The position numbers were made by a program, and so were the translations under genes. A stretch of DNA of 64,000 nt from positions 70,620,001 through 70,684,000 of the forward strand of contig CM059432.1 of NCBI GenBank assembly GCA_030390025.1, written 5' to 3'. Below are positions 27,947-40,793 of this stretch, piece after piece; within the stretch, counting starts at the first letter, position 1; the number at the start of each line of letters is the position of its first letter. The DNA comes from Squalus acanthias. Its lineage: Eukaryota. The notes under the pieces were generated by a model. It saw only the letters and a program-made list of their open reading frames with translations, did no database searches and was not told where the DNA came from.

Positions 27947-28494
27947 GACCCACAGAACTGTCAATGTTATTCAGCAATTTAGAGCTCTGGAAATCACCTT
28001 GAACACTCCTACAGCAACCTTCAAATGAGATATGTGCAAGGCTGCTTTAAATATCCACGCTGAAAACGAGTAGATCTGTCAAAGTGCACCTCGACAGATC
28101 GCAAGTTCCGGGTTTTCACGCATATGCAGCGCATGTGGAAACCCGGAACTTGCGGGGCCTTTCAGAAGGCTTACGACAGCGTTCCGGGCCAATATTTCCT
28201 TCTGTAAAATATATTACTTTGAAAGAATATATCTCCCAGACTTTCAATCTATTTTTTGTGTTGTTGAAATGTGTCACTCTCTAGTAGGATGAAACATTAT
28301 TATAAGCATTTCTACACAGGAATAGAGGACAGAACAAATTTACCTGAAGGCTAATTTTTTTTCAAGGGTGGCAATGTCACATAGGTTGATTTTTTTTTCT
28401 TTCATATTCCGAAATTAAAAGCTTTGAATGCTTTTATTGGCTTTAATTCCATTATACCATAACAAAATGTGTTGTTGCATGTTAACCTATAACA

Positions 28495-29040
28495 GCAATT
28501 TGCAATTAAATAGCATCTTTAATGTCATAAAACAAATCCCAAAGCACTTCATAGAGATGAAGATGGAACCTACACAGTGGTAAGAGGTGACCAAAAGCAT
28601 GGTCAAAAAAGTAGGTGTTGAGGAAGCCTTTGAAGGAAAGGAGAGAGGTAGCAAGCTGCAGGGGTTTAGGAAGAATGTTCCAGAATTTGAACAAGGTGGC
28701 TAAATGCTCTGCCACGAAAGGTAGACAGCAGATTATGGAAAGGAGGCCAAAGTCGGAAAAATGAAAGGGATGCGGTGCAATGTAAGGCTGGAGAAGTTAC
28801 AGAGCGAGGGGAAAGGCACGGGAGCACTTGTAGATGAGGACCTAGATTTTGAATTTGATGTACTAGAGGACGGTGTTCCAATGGAGGTCGGTGAGAATAG
28901 GGGTGATAGAAGAGTGGGACTTAGTGAAAGGATGGCGGAGGTTTGGTGAGTTGCAGTTTATGTAGGGTGAAGCTTGGGAGGTCAGCAAGGAGAGCACTGA
29001 GGTAGTGAAACCTGGAGGTGGTGAACACGTAGCTGAGGTA
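28495..29040 (-). mobile_element. Old L2-type 3' fragment
   Basis: Peptide HSSITPILTDLHW and a tail similar to 505-886 in reverse orientation. Confidence 0.55.
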
Positions 29041-30878
29041 AGGCAGGGCTTTGTTCCTGTCAACATTAAGTTGGAGAAAGTTCTTGATCTCAGACACAGG
29101 GTCTGAATGAACCCACAAGTTGTCACAATGTAGGCTGTTGGTTTCCTTGACTCTGTCCCAAGTATCTGCAAAGTGTTGCTTTTTAATTCTTAGAATGTGG
29201 GACTTTATCAGAAGCAGGACAGCAATTTTTTTCAAAATCTGGTGTCCAAAAGGAAAATTGCTTAGACGACATCATTTTAGTTAGTTTCTTTCTTAATCAG
29301 TTGTAGTTGAGTTTAAAAAGGGGAAATAATGGTAAAGTCTGGAGTTGAGAAATGCCATAAGGTTGTGGGTTAGTTCCTTCATTTCATTAAGACTTTTAAT
29401 TGGACACCAAAATTCTGCTGACCTACTAAAATGGGCAGGCTTACATTCCAACTTGAAAGTACTGTAACATCAACATATTTATCTGTCTACCTCCAATCTT
29501 AATTTTTCTGTTTTCCTGTGTTCTGTTGGTCTTTTCTATCCCACTGTCTAATTCCAAGGGTATATTTTATTATTTTAGGATCTAATTCCCTTGGCTGAAG
29601 CATTGTACTAGTAACAGTTTTGGGGCCGTGACAATTAATTAAAGCAAGTTTCAGAAGTGCCATTTACAAATGTGCAAGTAGCTTTTAAAATAGAATTCAT
29701 TCCCATATATCAGAAAGGTTGACTTTGTGAACTATGAATTTATATTAGTTGCCCTGAAACTTCCTGCAGCATGATTTATCCATATTACAATTACTACTGA
29801 TCACTTTTATGCCTTCTGTTCCTGGTATTACTGCTATGATTTATGTAACAGGTAAAATTCAGAGGAATCTTAGTTAAATCCACCTTTTCTCAACTTCCTG
29901 GAAACAATCCTCTGACAGTGGTTTTGCAGATATTCCATTTCTTAAAGGTTCAAATGTAAAATATGGCGCATAAGAAAAAATGGGCATCAGAAGTACTTGA
30001 GAGCCTGTATTTTCAGAGTATGCAATCACAGCAGGGAGGATAGTTTCTGGTTGCAGACAATCAAAATTATGGTCAAATGGGCTTTGTCATCCACCTATGT
30101 ATTGTGCTTTTGCCCTGCTTTCCAGTACTGAGCAGCGATGGGACATCAAAGATCCAATATTTAGAAGAAATCTAATTTGACATAATCAAGTGGTCACAAT
30201 TCAATCACTTATTTGTACCAATCCCTTTTTTATATGATTTTTGACAGGCTATGCTCTTGTAAATAAGGTTTTGTGGAACTTGGTGCTCATGCAGTGATTT
30301 TTACATTCTAACCAAAGTTTATATTGGCAGAATCACAGTAAATTTCAGCCATTCAGTTCTTCGCTGGACACCAACTAAATTGCTACATTAACATTACAAC
30401 TTGTATAAATACATCAAAAGTACATTATTTTCAAGTTATCCAACTCTTATTGTAATCAACATTAAATGCCTATCCATATTAACCTATAATCCACACCTGT
30501 TGTCTACATCACAATACTCTTCCATTTTATTTATTATATTAACCACCTTATTCTTGCTACATATTTAGATTATGTTTACATTGTTACTGCTTTTGCCTGG
30601 TTTGCTTAGTAAAATCACACTTTTTGTAAAATACTTTTTTATGGTGATTTTCTCTTAGTTTATAGTAGCTTGCTTTCTTTTTCCATTTACTTCCTCATTT
30701 AGTGCATTACATGACAACGTCCTGTGATTCCTTTGCAAGGCCTTCTGTCACATTAGTTGTGTTCCTCAATCTCTAGCCCAGTAGTAATATGTGAAGACTT
30801 CAGTCTGGATATTGTTAAAGTTGCTATAGTTTTGGTTGTGATACCGAGAACTAAATTAAAAGTCTGAATTTGGCATAT

Positions 30879-31507
30879 GGGCCTTGATTTTTAACTCCCG
30901 GGTAGAAATGCGGCAAAGCAAGTGGTATACCCGCCTGGGAGCAGCAGCAGGCAGGCTCAGCTGATTTTAACAACCGGGCCTCATTAGTATGCCACTTGCC
31001 GACTTCGCCACCAAAATGGCTGGCATATCAGTGGGAAGCGGCTGCCAGGCCATTAAACTCAGGCGGTAGGAGGCCGCCGCCAGGGACCTAGAGGTATGGT
31101 CCCCTTCATAAGGCAAGCGCTCCAGAAGGGGAATCCCAGGCGGGGGAGGAAGCCTGGGACAGGGGAAACCCAAGATTTCCTTGTGAAGCCTGGAGAATTT
31201 TAAAACTTAGCTTGCTGGGCCTCTTCTGGTCCTTGCTGCTGTTCCTGGCAGGTTTGCTTGGGGCGGGTGAGAAGGTACCACTGCTCCCCTTGGGTTAAAA
31301 TGACAAATCAAGCCTTGATGATGCCATCGGAGCCCAATTTGCTATTTAAAGAGGACCCCACTGGCTTGGGGGTGGGCGTCCTTGCAGCCTGCAATTTAAA
31401 ATTGCAGTCATACAGATTGGTGCGGGAAATGAGTGGGTAAGTCCCCCGCTCCCTTTTACTGCCCCCTGCCTGGTTTGTGCCAGACAAGAGGAGTTAAAAT
31501 CAAGCCC
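30879..31507. mobile_element. Harbinger-type MITE (~630 bp)
   Basis: TIRs GGGCCTTGATTTTTAACTC / GAGTTAAAATCAAGCCC resemble the TIR of transposon 2; GC-rich island in an AT-rich intron; TSD not preserved. Confidence 0.7.
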
Positions 31508-31975
31508 AAAGATTTTAAAAGAAAATCCAAATTCAGGTAGTTTATTTCTATGGCTAAATAAAATAGTGTGAACATGTGTAACACCATTTATGTATTTACT
31601 TGTATGGTATAGTTTTTTTTTTAAATGCACTTGAGCAAGGTGATATCTCTGCACAAATGCAGCCAATATCATACTTTTTTTTTGTTTTTGAGCTATCAGA
31701 GCCTGGATCTAACTACTGATCTGTTATACATGGAAAATAAAGTTCCCTCCACTTTGTCCGAACAATGTGCCCAAACCTCAAGAACAGTCCCACTGTATGA
31801 GTGACATTTTAACCATTCATCACAACAGCTATCCTGTGACCTCCGAGTGAGATTGCTAATTTGATTGACATAGATGCTGTTTTTGTTTGTGGGATGATCA
31901 TCACTCGGAACATGCCAGAGAATAATGGTGATTTTAATTATTTTTATTGCAGTTTTTTAGAATCAGATTATCTAA

Positions 31976-32203
<228 letters not shown>

Positions 32204-34115
32204 AAGATCTTAAAATGGAAAATCAATAACTAGTACACACTGTTTGAAAAGGAGTCTTCCATTTGATCGCCCTCAAATGTATATACCATAATTCCATGTG
32301 AAGAGGCTAATAATAGCTTAATTATATAAATAACTAGAACATTCAATGATACCAAGTAACTAGTAACAACCCCCCCCCCCCCCATCCCATCCCATGTGTA
32401 CAGTAATAACTGAAATCTTAGTGTGAAAGTTGAATGTTCAGCATGTCAATGGATGGTAGCAGAAGTTAGATAAACCAGTTTGGAAATTTTCACTTATTAA
32501 AATAAACTAGAATAGAATATGCTAGTAGTAAATCATTTTCTAATGCAAGGGGGCAGAGGGAGGTGGTGGAATGGAAGTCTTTGTTCCAAATCACTACACA
32601 GCCCTCTTATGATGCCCACTTGGTACTTCATGGATACAGTGAAGATGTCCTGTGCTGATGTCTCAAAGTTGGTCCGAGCTAGATGAGTGATCTAATAGTC
32701 AAACTATTAGACTACTTACTATAGCTGGCATTAGAAAATTGCTAGTACATTATTCACATTAGTAGCTGCAAAGAGTGCTTAATCCAAACAACTTCAGCTG
32801 GTGTGTACATTGGTCATATGTGTGTGAATATGGGAGAGCTTTTTCCATTCATGAAATTAATAAATACAGCTTAAACAAAATATTGAAATTTGACAGTCCC
32901 ATGAAACTTTTATAGGAACCAGATTAACACCATATCTGGAATTAATCTGTCATTAGCAGGGCCACTGTTTGATAACTGAATAAGTCATTTTTACTATTGT
33001 ATTGGATTCTGGTGTATTTACAAGTGTTTTGGGAGTTACTTTCTGTAATACTGTTCATTTATAGTTTGGCTGCATAAGTCAAATGCAGTTTTTATTACAC
33101 AGGACTATGTTTTTGAGATTATATTCCACAACTCTCTCCATTTTTCCATTTAAACTGTTCAATGCCTTGATCATTGGCTGTGTAATACTGATTAACTAGG
33201 CATGTGGAAAGTGTGTAGAGCACATGAGAATTTTTCACAAGTGATCAGTTATTATCACACTACTGACTCATGATTTTTTTTAAATGTGTTAAACAAATGA
33301 AATGTGTAATTACATCACCTCAGTACCAGTGTTTTTACTGGAATGAAAATGCTGGTTTTCACAAGTCACTTATTCATATATAACTGATATGATAGTTTTG
33401 AAAAAGTTACTACGTATGAGATTTTTACTGTGTGTGAATGTGCAAAATACACTTTTTTATATATAGACAGCAGCAGAGTCCACAACCTACCACAGTTTTG
33501 GGGAAAAAATTGCACTGACTACAGTACAAAAGGATTAAATGTCAATACATTACAATTCCTTTTGTGATAAGGTATTTTATATTCATAAATCAGTTTGGGT
33601 GATGGGATTGGGTAGTAGCAGTACATCACAATATATACATTTTTTTAAATATACTTTTTGGAACATCTGCCATCCAGCTCCACATCTTCAGAATCTAATC
33701 CCTTTGGATCCTTTAGTGTAAAACTCTGGGATAAAACTCTACTGGTCTGTTCAGTATTCCATAATATAAATATTACTTATGACATAAGTTGAACTTTGAT
33801 TCTGTTTATGCATTTTTCAATCCAGTGAGAGGTTCCAGAAGTGAATTAAGGCAAGGTGTTGCTGCTTTTTATATAACCAGAAAATGCTCCCTCTTCCTCT
33901 ATAGAAGGAATAAAATGCCATTTACACATGTATTTTGTATAATAAAATTCAACTTTTAATGGAACTGTTAACATATGTACCCTATTTTGTAATATGTGCA
34001 ATAATTGCTTTGTTTTTTTTCTATTTTCTGTGGGGGGGGGGCAATATACAGTAAATTATGAATTTGTAACATGGACATGAATTTAGAATAAAGGCATGTG
34101 AGCATTTGCAATATA
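32204..34115 (+). other. Probable 3' UTR of LYN-like gene
   Basis: Repeat-free AT-rich stretch after the stop with AATAAA at 32501, 33909, 33941 and 34087; true end is inferred. Confidence 0.5.
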
Positions 34116-34457
34116 ATTCCTTTGCAAACTAATTTTCCAGCATTCTGTCATCCAAAAAAGGCTACTCAAATCTGAAGTACAAGGTAGGACAACATAATTT
34201 TATAAAGTTAACACTTTTCCAAGGAGAAAGAATAATGAGGCTCAAATGTAACCTGCTGATTGAAACAAAATTCAAATCAGACTCTCTCTGAAGGATATGC
34301 AGCGATTGCTGAATCAGCCAATAACAAATCACTTGTTACAGCATTCAGGCCTACTGCTGAAACATGAGACAGAAGTGACCAATATACTAAAGTGGTTTGC
34401 AAAATGTGTTGTATGCAAGATTGATACAGCATTGCTTGCCAATCGGTTACATGTTGG

Positions 34458-35525
34458 AACATAAATAGGAGCAGGAGTAGGGCATATGGCCCTCGAGCCT
34501 GCTCTGCCAATCAATAAGCTCATGGCTGATCTGTGACCTCAACTCTACTTTCCCATCCAATCCCCATAACCCTTGATTCCCTTAGAGTCCAAAAATCTAT
34601 CACTCTCAGCCTTGAATATACTCTAACAGAGCATCCACAGCCCTCTGGGGTAGAGAATGCCAAAGATTTACAACCCTCACTGAAGAAATTTATCCTCAGC
34701 TCAGTCCTAAATGGCTGACCCCTTATCCTGAGACTTATGACCCCTAGTTCTAGACTCTGCAGCCAGGGGAACCAGTCTCTCAGCATCTACCCTGTCAAGC
34801 CTCTCAGAATCTTATGTTTCAATGAGATCACCTCTCATTCTTCTAAACTCCAGAGTATAGGCCTATTCTACTCTCTCCTCATAGGACAACCCTCTCATCC
34901 CAGGAATCAATCTAGTGAACCTTTATTGCACCCCTCTACCTCTAAGGCAAGTATCTCCTTCCTTTCGTACAGAAACCAAAACTGTGCACAGTACTCAAGT
35001 GTGGTCTCACCAACACCCTGTGCAATTGCAGCAAGACTTCCTTACTCTTGTACTCCAACCCCCTTGCAATAAAGGCTAACGTACTAGTTGCCTACCTAAT
35101 TGTTTGCTGTACCGATATGTTAACTTTGTTTTGTGTACAAGGACATCCAAATCCCTCTGAACACCTTAATAGTTTGTTTTCCATTCTTCCTACCAAAGTG
35201 AACAACCTCATTTCCCCACAATATACTCCATCTGCCAACTTCTTGCCCATTCACTTAACCTGTCTATCCCTTTGCAGACTATGTCCTCCTCACAGCTTAC
35301 ATTCCCACCTAGCTTTGTATCATCAGCAAACTTGGATACATTACACTCAGCCCCTTCATCTAAGTCATTAATATAGATTGTAAATAGCTAAAGCCCCAGC
35401 ACTGATTCTTGTGGCATCCCATTTATAACAGCCTGCCAACCTCAAAGTGGCCCTTTATTCCTACTCTGTTTTCTGTCAGTTAACCAATCCTCTATCCTCA
35501 AAAGGCTCTAATAAATTTGTCAAAA
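34458..35525 (-). mobile_element. CR1 LINE fragment
   Basis: Collinear with 9260-10675, more deleted. Confidence 0.85.
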
Positions 35526-35630
35526 TAGGTTATAACCCCCCTTTTAAAAAAAAAAAATTTAAGATTTCTTCAATATTTTCTTGTGAAAGATTTCTGGTTA
35601 TAGGAAATAAGTATAGGTATAAAGAATTAT

Positions 35631-36199
35631 CTTCAGGCAGTCCCTTGGAACTGAGGATGACTTGCTTCCACACAAAATTAGTTCAGGTGACTGATGAGTC
35701 CAATGTGGGACCTACAGTCTCCGTCACAGGTGGGGCAGACGATGGTTGAAGGGGCGGGCGGGTGGAGTGCTTGGGTTGACGTACGCTCCTTCCGCTTGCT
35801 CCCGGCGATGAGACTCTGTGTTCGGCGCCTTCCCGGCTGCTTCTCCTCCACTTTATGCGGTCTTGGGCCAGGGATTACCAGGTGTCTGTGGGGATGTTGC
35901 ACTTTTTCCAAGGAGGCTTTGAGAGTGTTCTTGAAGCGTTTCCTCTGCCCACCTGGGGCCCTCTTGCCATGTCGGAGCTCCGAGTAGAGCTCTTGCTTTG
36001 GGAGTCTCTGATCGGGCATGCGGACAATGTGGCCCGTCCATCAGAGCTGATCGAGCGTGGTCAAAGCTTCGATGCTGGCCTGAGCGAGAACACTGATGGT
36101 GCGCCTATCCTGCCAATGGATTTGCAGGATCTTGCAGAGGCAGTGTTGGTGACACCTCTCCAGTGCTTTGAGGTGCCTGCTGTACATGGTCCATGTCTC
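35631..36199 (-). mobile_element. RTE-clade LINE 3' fragment with 31-bp TSD
   Basis: Peptide RLPKQELYSELRHGKRAPGGQRKRFK; flanking duplication 35600-35630 / 36200-36230. Confidence 0.85.
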
Positions 36200-37519
36200 A
36201 TAGGAAATAAGTAAAGGTATAAAGAACTATAATTCCAGATAGTGGAACACAACAATATTATCTATGGAATGAAACTGATTAAGGTTAACAGATTATCAAT
36301 TCATAGACTGGAGATTTTGAACAACTGAAGCAAAAGTTTAGTAATAGAGCTTATTTTCCAGGAAAAGGCAACGGAGACTTACAAAGCAGAGTCTGTCCCT
36401 TTTGCACGTGGCACACATTTCTGGAAAGCAAATAGTGGAGGAATGTCCCATGTGAAGCAGGTGGGATTTTACAGGAGCATTGATCTGACCCCTCCCATGT
36501 CTTTTTGCACCATATAGGAGAGCTTTACACTAAGTCTATGGTATACCAATCGAACATCATCCAGGGTTTGCTAGACACAGGGCTACTCAGAAAATAAGGG
36601 TCAGAAGGAAGAGTCATTTTAACAGGTTCTACCCCATTTCTGGCTCGTTTTTGCTTTGGACTTTGCCCTGGCAGTTGGGCTCTCCTGAGCCTTTGTGCCA
36701 ATTGTTTACTGTTGCGCCATTGCTGGCATCAATGGGAATTCCCCCTATCTGAGGTTCTGGGAAGATGAACAGGCAGGTTGGGCTTTGAGAGGCGCCTTAT
36801 TGCCCCACCCCCCTCGCCATCATAAGTAGTACTCACACACTTACATCTGTAGTCCGATGTTGCCAAACTTCATTTGGCAGCCAATTAGTCAATGTAAAGG
36901 CAGTGACAGTATGGGTCAGCTGGGGTTTCTGTCCTTTTTTAGTTATTTCTTAGTTCCTTACCCTTGGCAAAGTGCTGCTAATGGGTTGAACTGACTTTTG
37001 AGACTCTGCAGGTAGCTTGTGACAGTAGGCCTAAATGGCAGATACATGTAGGGCTTACTAACCATTATGTTGGATGGTTCTTCAGAAATGCCCCAAATCA
37101 CAGTATATCATGCTTTAAATGGCACGACACAAAATAAAGCATAGCAGGGTGATCATCAGCCAGCAAAAGCTGACTAAGATACCAACAATAAAGGCAGTGT
37201 TGCACCTACTCCGCAACTGTGGTGGGGAAAGGACAGGAGAGGAGAAATGTCTTCACAGGGTCAGTATAAGCAGAGACCCAGATGCAGACCTATACCATCT
37301 GCTCCAAGGAGACCTTGGCCTGAAACCTAGCTACATCTTCTTGCAGGCATGCTGCAGTGCTGCCCTATGGGAATAGTGCTAAGGAAAACCCATCAAGGAA
37401 TTTAAGATGTAAAGGACCAAGAAAGGCTACAGAGGTTTACCAGGATATTACCAGGGATGAAGGGCTCTAGTTGTGAGGCTGGAAAAATTAGGACTGTTCT
37501 CATTGGAACAGAGAAGGTT

Positions 37520-37950
37520 AGGAACATAAGAACTAAGAGCAGGAGTAGGCCATACAGCCCTTTGAGACTGCTCCGCCATTCAATAAGATTATGGCTGATC
37601 TTCGACCTCAACTCCACTTTCCTGCCTGATCCCCATATCCCTTGATTCCCCTAGAGTCCAAAAAAATCTCTCAGCCTGGAATACACTCAACAACTCAGCA
37701 TCCACAGCCCTTTGGGGTAGAGAATTCAAAGATTCAGAGACTATGCCACCTAGTTCTAGACTCTCCAGCCAGGGGAAACAACCACTCAGCATCTACCCTG
37801 TCAATCCCCTTCAGAATCTTATATGTTTCAATGAGATCACCTCATTCTTCTAAACTCCAGAGAATATAGGCCCAGTCTACTCAATCTCTCCTCATAGAAC
37901 AACCCCATCATCCCAGGGATCAATCTAGTGAATCTTCATTGCACCACCTC
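37520..37950 (-). mobile_element. CR1 3' fragment (same family as 9260)
   Basis: AACATAAGAACTAAGAGCAGGAGTAGGCC tail and collinear sequence. Confidence 0.8.
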
Positions 37951-38657
37951 AAGGCATAGAATCATAGAAATTTACAGCACAGAAGGAGGCCATTCGGCCC
38001 ATCTTGTCCGTGCCAGCCAACAAAGAGCTATCCACCCTAATCCCACTTTCCAGCACTTGGTCCATAACCTTGCAGATTATGGCACTTCAAGTGCATATCC
38101 AAGTACTTTTTAAATGTGATGAGGGTCTCTGCTTCTACCAGCCTTTCAGGTAGTGAGTTCCAGACCCCCACCATCCTCTGGGTGAAAAAATTTCTCCTCA
38201 AATCCCCTCTAAACCTCGACCAATTACTTTAAATCTATGCCCCCTGGTTATTGACCCTTCTGCAAAGGGAAATAGGTCCTTCCTATCCACTCTAAGCCCC
38301 TCATAATTTTATACACCTTAATTAGGTCTCCCCTCAGCCCCCTCTGTTCCAAAGAAAACAACCCCAGCTTATCCAATCTTTCCTCATAGCTAAAATTCCC
38401 CAGCCCAGGCAACACCCTCGTAAATCTCTGGCATAGACTAGATGGGCCGAATGGCCTCCTTCTGTGCCGTTATGACTATGACCATCTCCTCTGCACTCCG
38501 TCTAGTGCAATCACATCCTTCCTATAATGTGGTGACTAGAACTGCACGCAGTATTCTAGCTGCGGCCTAACTAGTGTTTTATACAGTTCAAGCATAACCT
38601 CCCTGCTCTTATATTCTATGATGCGGAGATGCCGGTGTTGGACTGGGGTGGACAAAA

Positions 38658-39214
38658 TTGAGAGGTCGCACAACACCAGGTTATAGTCCAACAGTTTTAT
38701 TTTAAATCACAAGCTTTCGGAGTTACAACTCCTTCGTCGGGTGAAGTGAGGAGATACAGAATCGTCAAAGCATATATAGATAGAGAACAATGCATGTGTA
38801 ACTTACAATTGCAGACATCTAAATTCAATCATCCTGACTGTTTATCTGCCGAGGTGTGATAAAGTTAATCAGGTCAGCCAGGAAGGTACCACATCAAAGA
38901 CATAGCAAGATACAACTGAGACAATGAGGTGGAGTCGCATGGGGTCTAACGTGTCAAAAGCTGCCGTCTGTATGTAAAACGATTAACTTTAAAATTTTAC
39001 TTTTTTACTGGGAATCACATCTGTGAACAAGCCAACGACGACTCGAGTCCGGATCACGTCATGTATCGTGACATAAACCCAAGATCCCGATTGAGACCGT
39101 CTTCATGAGTGCGGAACTTGGCTATCAGTTTCTGCTCGATGATTTTGCGTTGTCGTGTTTTCCGAAGGCCGCCTTGGAGAACGCTTACCCGCAGATCTGA
39201 GGCTGAATGTCCTT
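38658..39214 (-). repeat. Inverted copy of Penelope 3' end (partner 40285-40842)
   Basis: Near-identical reverse complement; both encode GHSASDLRVSVLQGG...GFMSRYMT; left arm extends 37 bp further (38621-38657). Confidence 0.95.
38707..38744 (-). ncRNA. Hammerhead ribozyme-like motif (inverted-arm copy)
   Basis: Exact reverse complement of 40756-40793. Confidence 0.65.
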
Positions 39215-40445
39215 CGCCTTCGACAACCATTTTTTTACCCAAACACACGGAACAGCCATGGGGACCAAATTCGCACCCCAATACGCCAACATCTTCATGC
39301 ACAAGTTCGAGCAAGACTTCTTCACTGCACAGGACCTCCAGCCAACGCTGTACACCAGATACATCGACGACATTTTCTTCCTTTGGACCCATGGCGAAGG
39401 ATCACTGAAAAGACTACACGATAACATAAACAAGTTCCATCCCACCATCAAACTCACCATGGACTACTCCTCAGAATCGGTTTCATTCCTGGACACACGA
39501 ATCTCCATCAAAGACGGACACCTCAGCACTTCACTCTACCGCAAGCCCACGGACAACCTCACGATGCTCCACTTCTCCAGCTTCCACCCTAACCACGTTA
39601 AAGAAGCCATCCCCTATGGACAAGCCCTGCGAATACACAGGATCTGCTCAGACGAGGAGGAACGCGATGAACACCTACGGACGCTGAAAAACGCCCTCGT
39701 AAGAACGGGATATGACGCTCGACTCATCGATCGACAGTTCCGACGGGCCACAGCGAAAAATCGCATAGACCTCCTCAGAAGGCAAACACGGGACACAACC
39801 AACAGGGTACCCTACGTCGTCCAGTACTTCCCCGGAGCGGAGAAACTACGCCATGTTTTTCGCAGCCTTCAACATGTCATCGATGACGACAAACACCTCG
39901 CTAAGGCCATCCCCACGCCTCCACTACTTGCCTTCAAACAGCCGCCTAACCTCAGAAGTACCATCGTTCGCAGCAAATTACCCAGCTTTCAGGATAACAG
40001 CGACCACGACACCACACAACCCTGCCACGGCAAACTCTGCAAGACATGCCAGATCATCAACACAGATACCATCATCACACGTGAGGACACTACCCACCAG
40101 GTACATGGTACATACTCATGTGACTCGGCCAACGTTGTCTACCTCATACGTTGCAGGAAAGAATGCACCGCGGCATGGTACATCGGCGAGACCATGCAGA
40201 CACTGAGACAACGTATGAACGAGCACCGTGCAACAATCGCCAGGCAGGATTGTTACCTCCCAGTCGGGGAACACTTCAGCAGTCAAGGACATTCAGCCTC
40301 GGATCTGCGGGTAAGCGTTCTCCAAGGCGGCCTTCGGAAAACACGACAACGCAAAATCATCGAGCAGAAACTGATAGCCAAGTTCCGCACTCATGAAGAC
40401 GGTCTCAATCGGGATCTTGGGTTTATGTCACGATACATGACGTGA
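39207..40445 (+). CDS. Penelope RT (C-terminal part) + Cys-rich linker + GIY-YIG endonuclease, uninterrupted 412 aa
   Basis: GTAMGTKFAPQYANIFM, RYIDDIF, CHGKLCKTC, VVYLIRC..WYIGET..RMNEHR; the initial Met is an artefact of the inversion junction. Confidence 0.92.
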   Translation: MSFAFDNHFFTQTHGTAMGTKFAPQYANIFMHKFEQDFFTAQDLQPTLYTRYIDDIFFLWTHGEGSLKRLHDNINKFHPTIKLTMDYSSESVSFLDTRISIKDGHLSTSLYRKPTDNLTMLHFSSFHPNHVKEAIPYGQALRIHRICSDEEERDEHLRTLKNALVRTGYDARLIDRQFRRATAKNRIDLLRRQTRDTTNRVPYVVQYFPGAEKLRHVFRSLQHVIDDDKHLAKAIPTPPLLAFKQPPNLRSTIVRSKLPSFQDNSDHDTTQPCHGKLCKTCQIINTDTIITREDTTHQVHGTYSCDSANVVYLIRCRKECTAAWYIGETMQTLRQRMNEHRATIARQDCYLPVGEHFSSQGHSASDLRVSVLQGGLRKTRQRKIIEQKLIAKFRTHEDGLNRDLGFMSRYMT

Positions 40446-40755
40446 TCCGGACTCGAGTCGTCGTTGGCTTGTTCACAGATGTGATTCCCAGTAAAAAAGT
40501 AAAAATTTTAAAGTTAATCGTTTTACATACAGACGGCAGCTTTTGACACGTTAGACCCCATGCGACTCCACCTCATTGTCTCAGTTGTATCTTGCTATGT
40601 CTTTGATGTGGTACCTTCCTGGCTGACCTGATTATCTGCCGAGGTGTGATAAAGTTAAACAGTCAGGATGATTGAATTTAGATGTCTGCAATTGTAAGTT
40701 ACACATGCATTGTTCTCTATCTATATATGCTTTGACGATTCTGTATCTCCTCACT

Positions 40756-40793
40756 TCACCCGACGAAGGAGTTGTAACTCCGAAAGCTTGTGA
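40756..40793 (+). ncRNA. Hammerhead ribozyme-like motif with variant core
   Basis: TCAC-CCGACGA-A-GGAG-TTGTAA-CTCC-GAAA-GC-TT-GTGA; core CCGACGA instead of CTGANGA. Confidence 0.65.

Larger units (their letters stand above)
23688..28190 (+). mobile_element. PIF/Harbinger transposon 3, full length (4503 bp), inactive, in last LYN intron
   Basis: Short TIRs GGCCCTGAA / TTCCGGGCC; TSD AAT (23685-23687, 28191-28193); convergent transposase and Myb/SANT genes; hairpin-rich subtermini. Confidence 0.88.

Noticed and set aside
39054..39392. Independent minus-strand ORF sharing the GIY-YIG C-terminus
   Set aside because: Product of the inverted duplication fused to antisense RT sequence.
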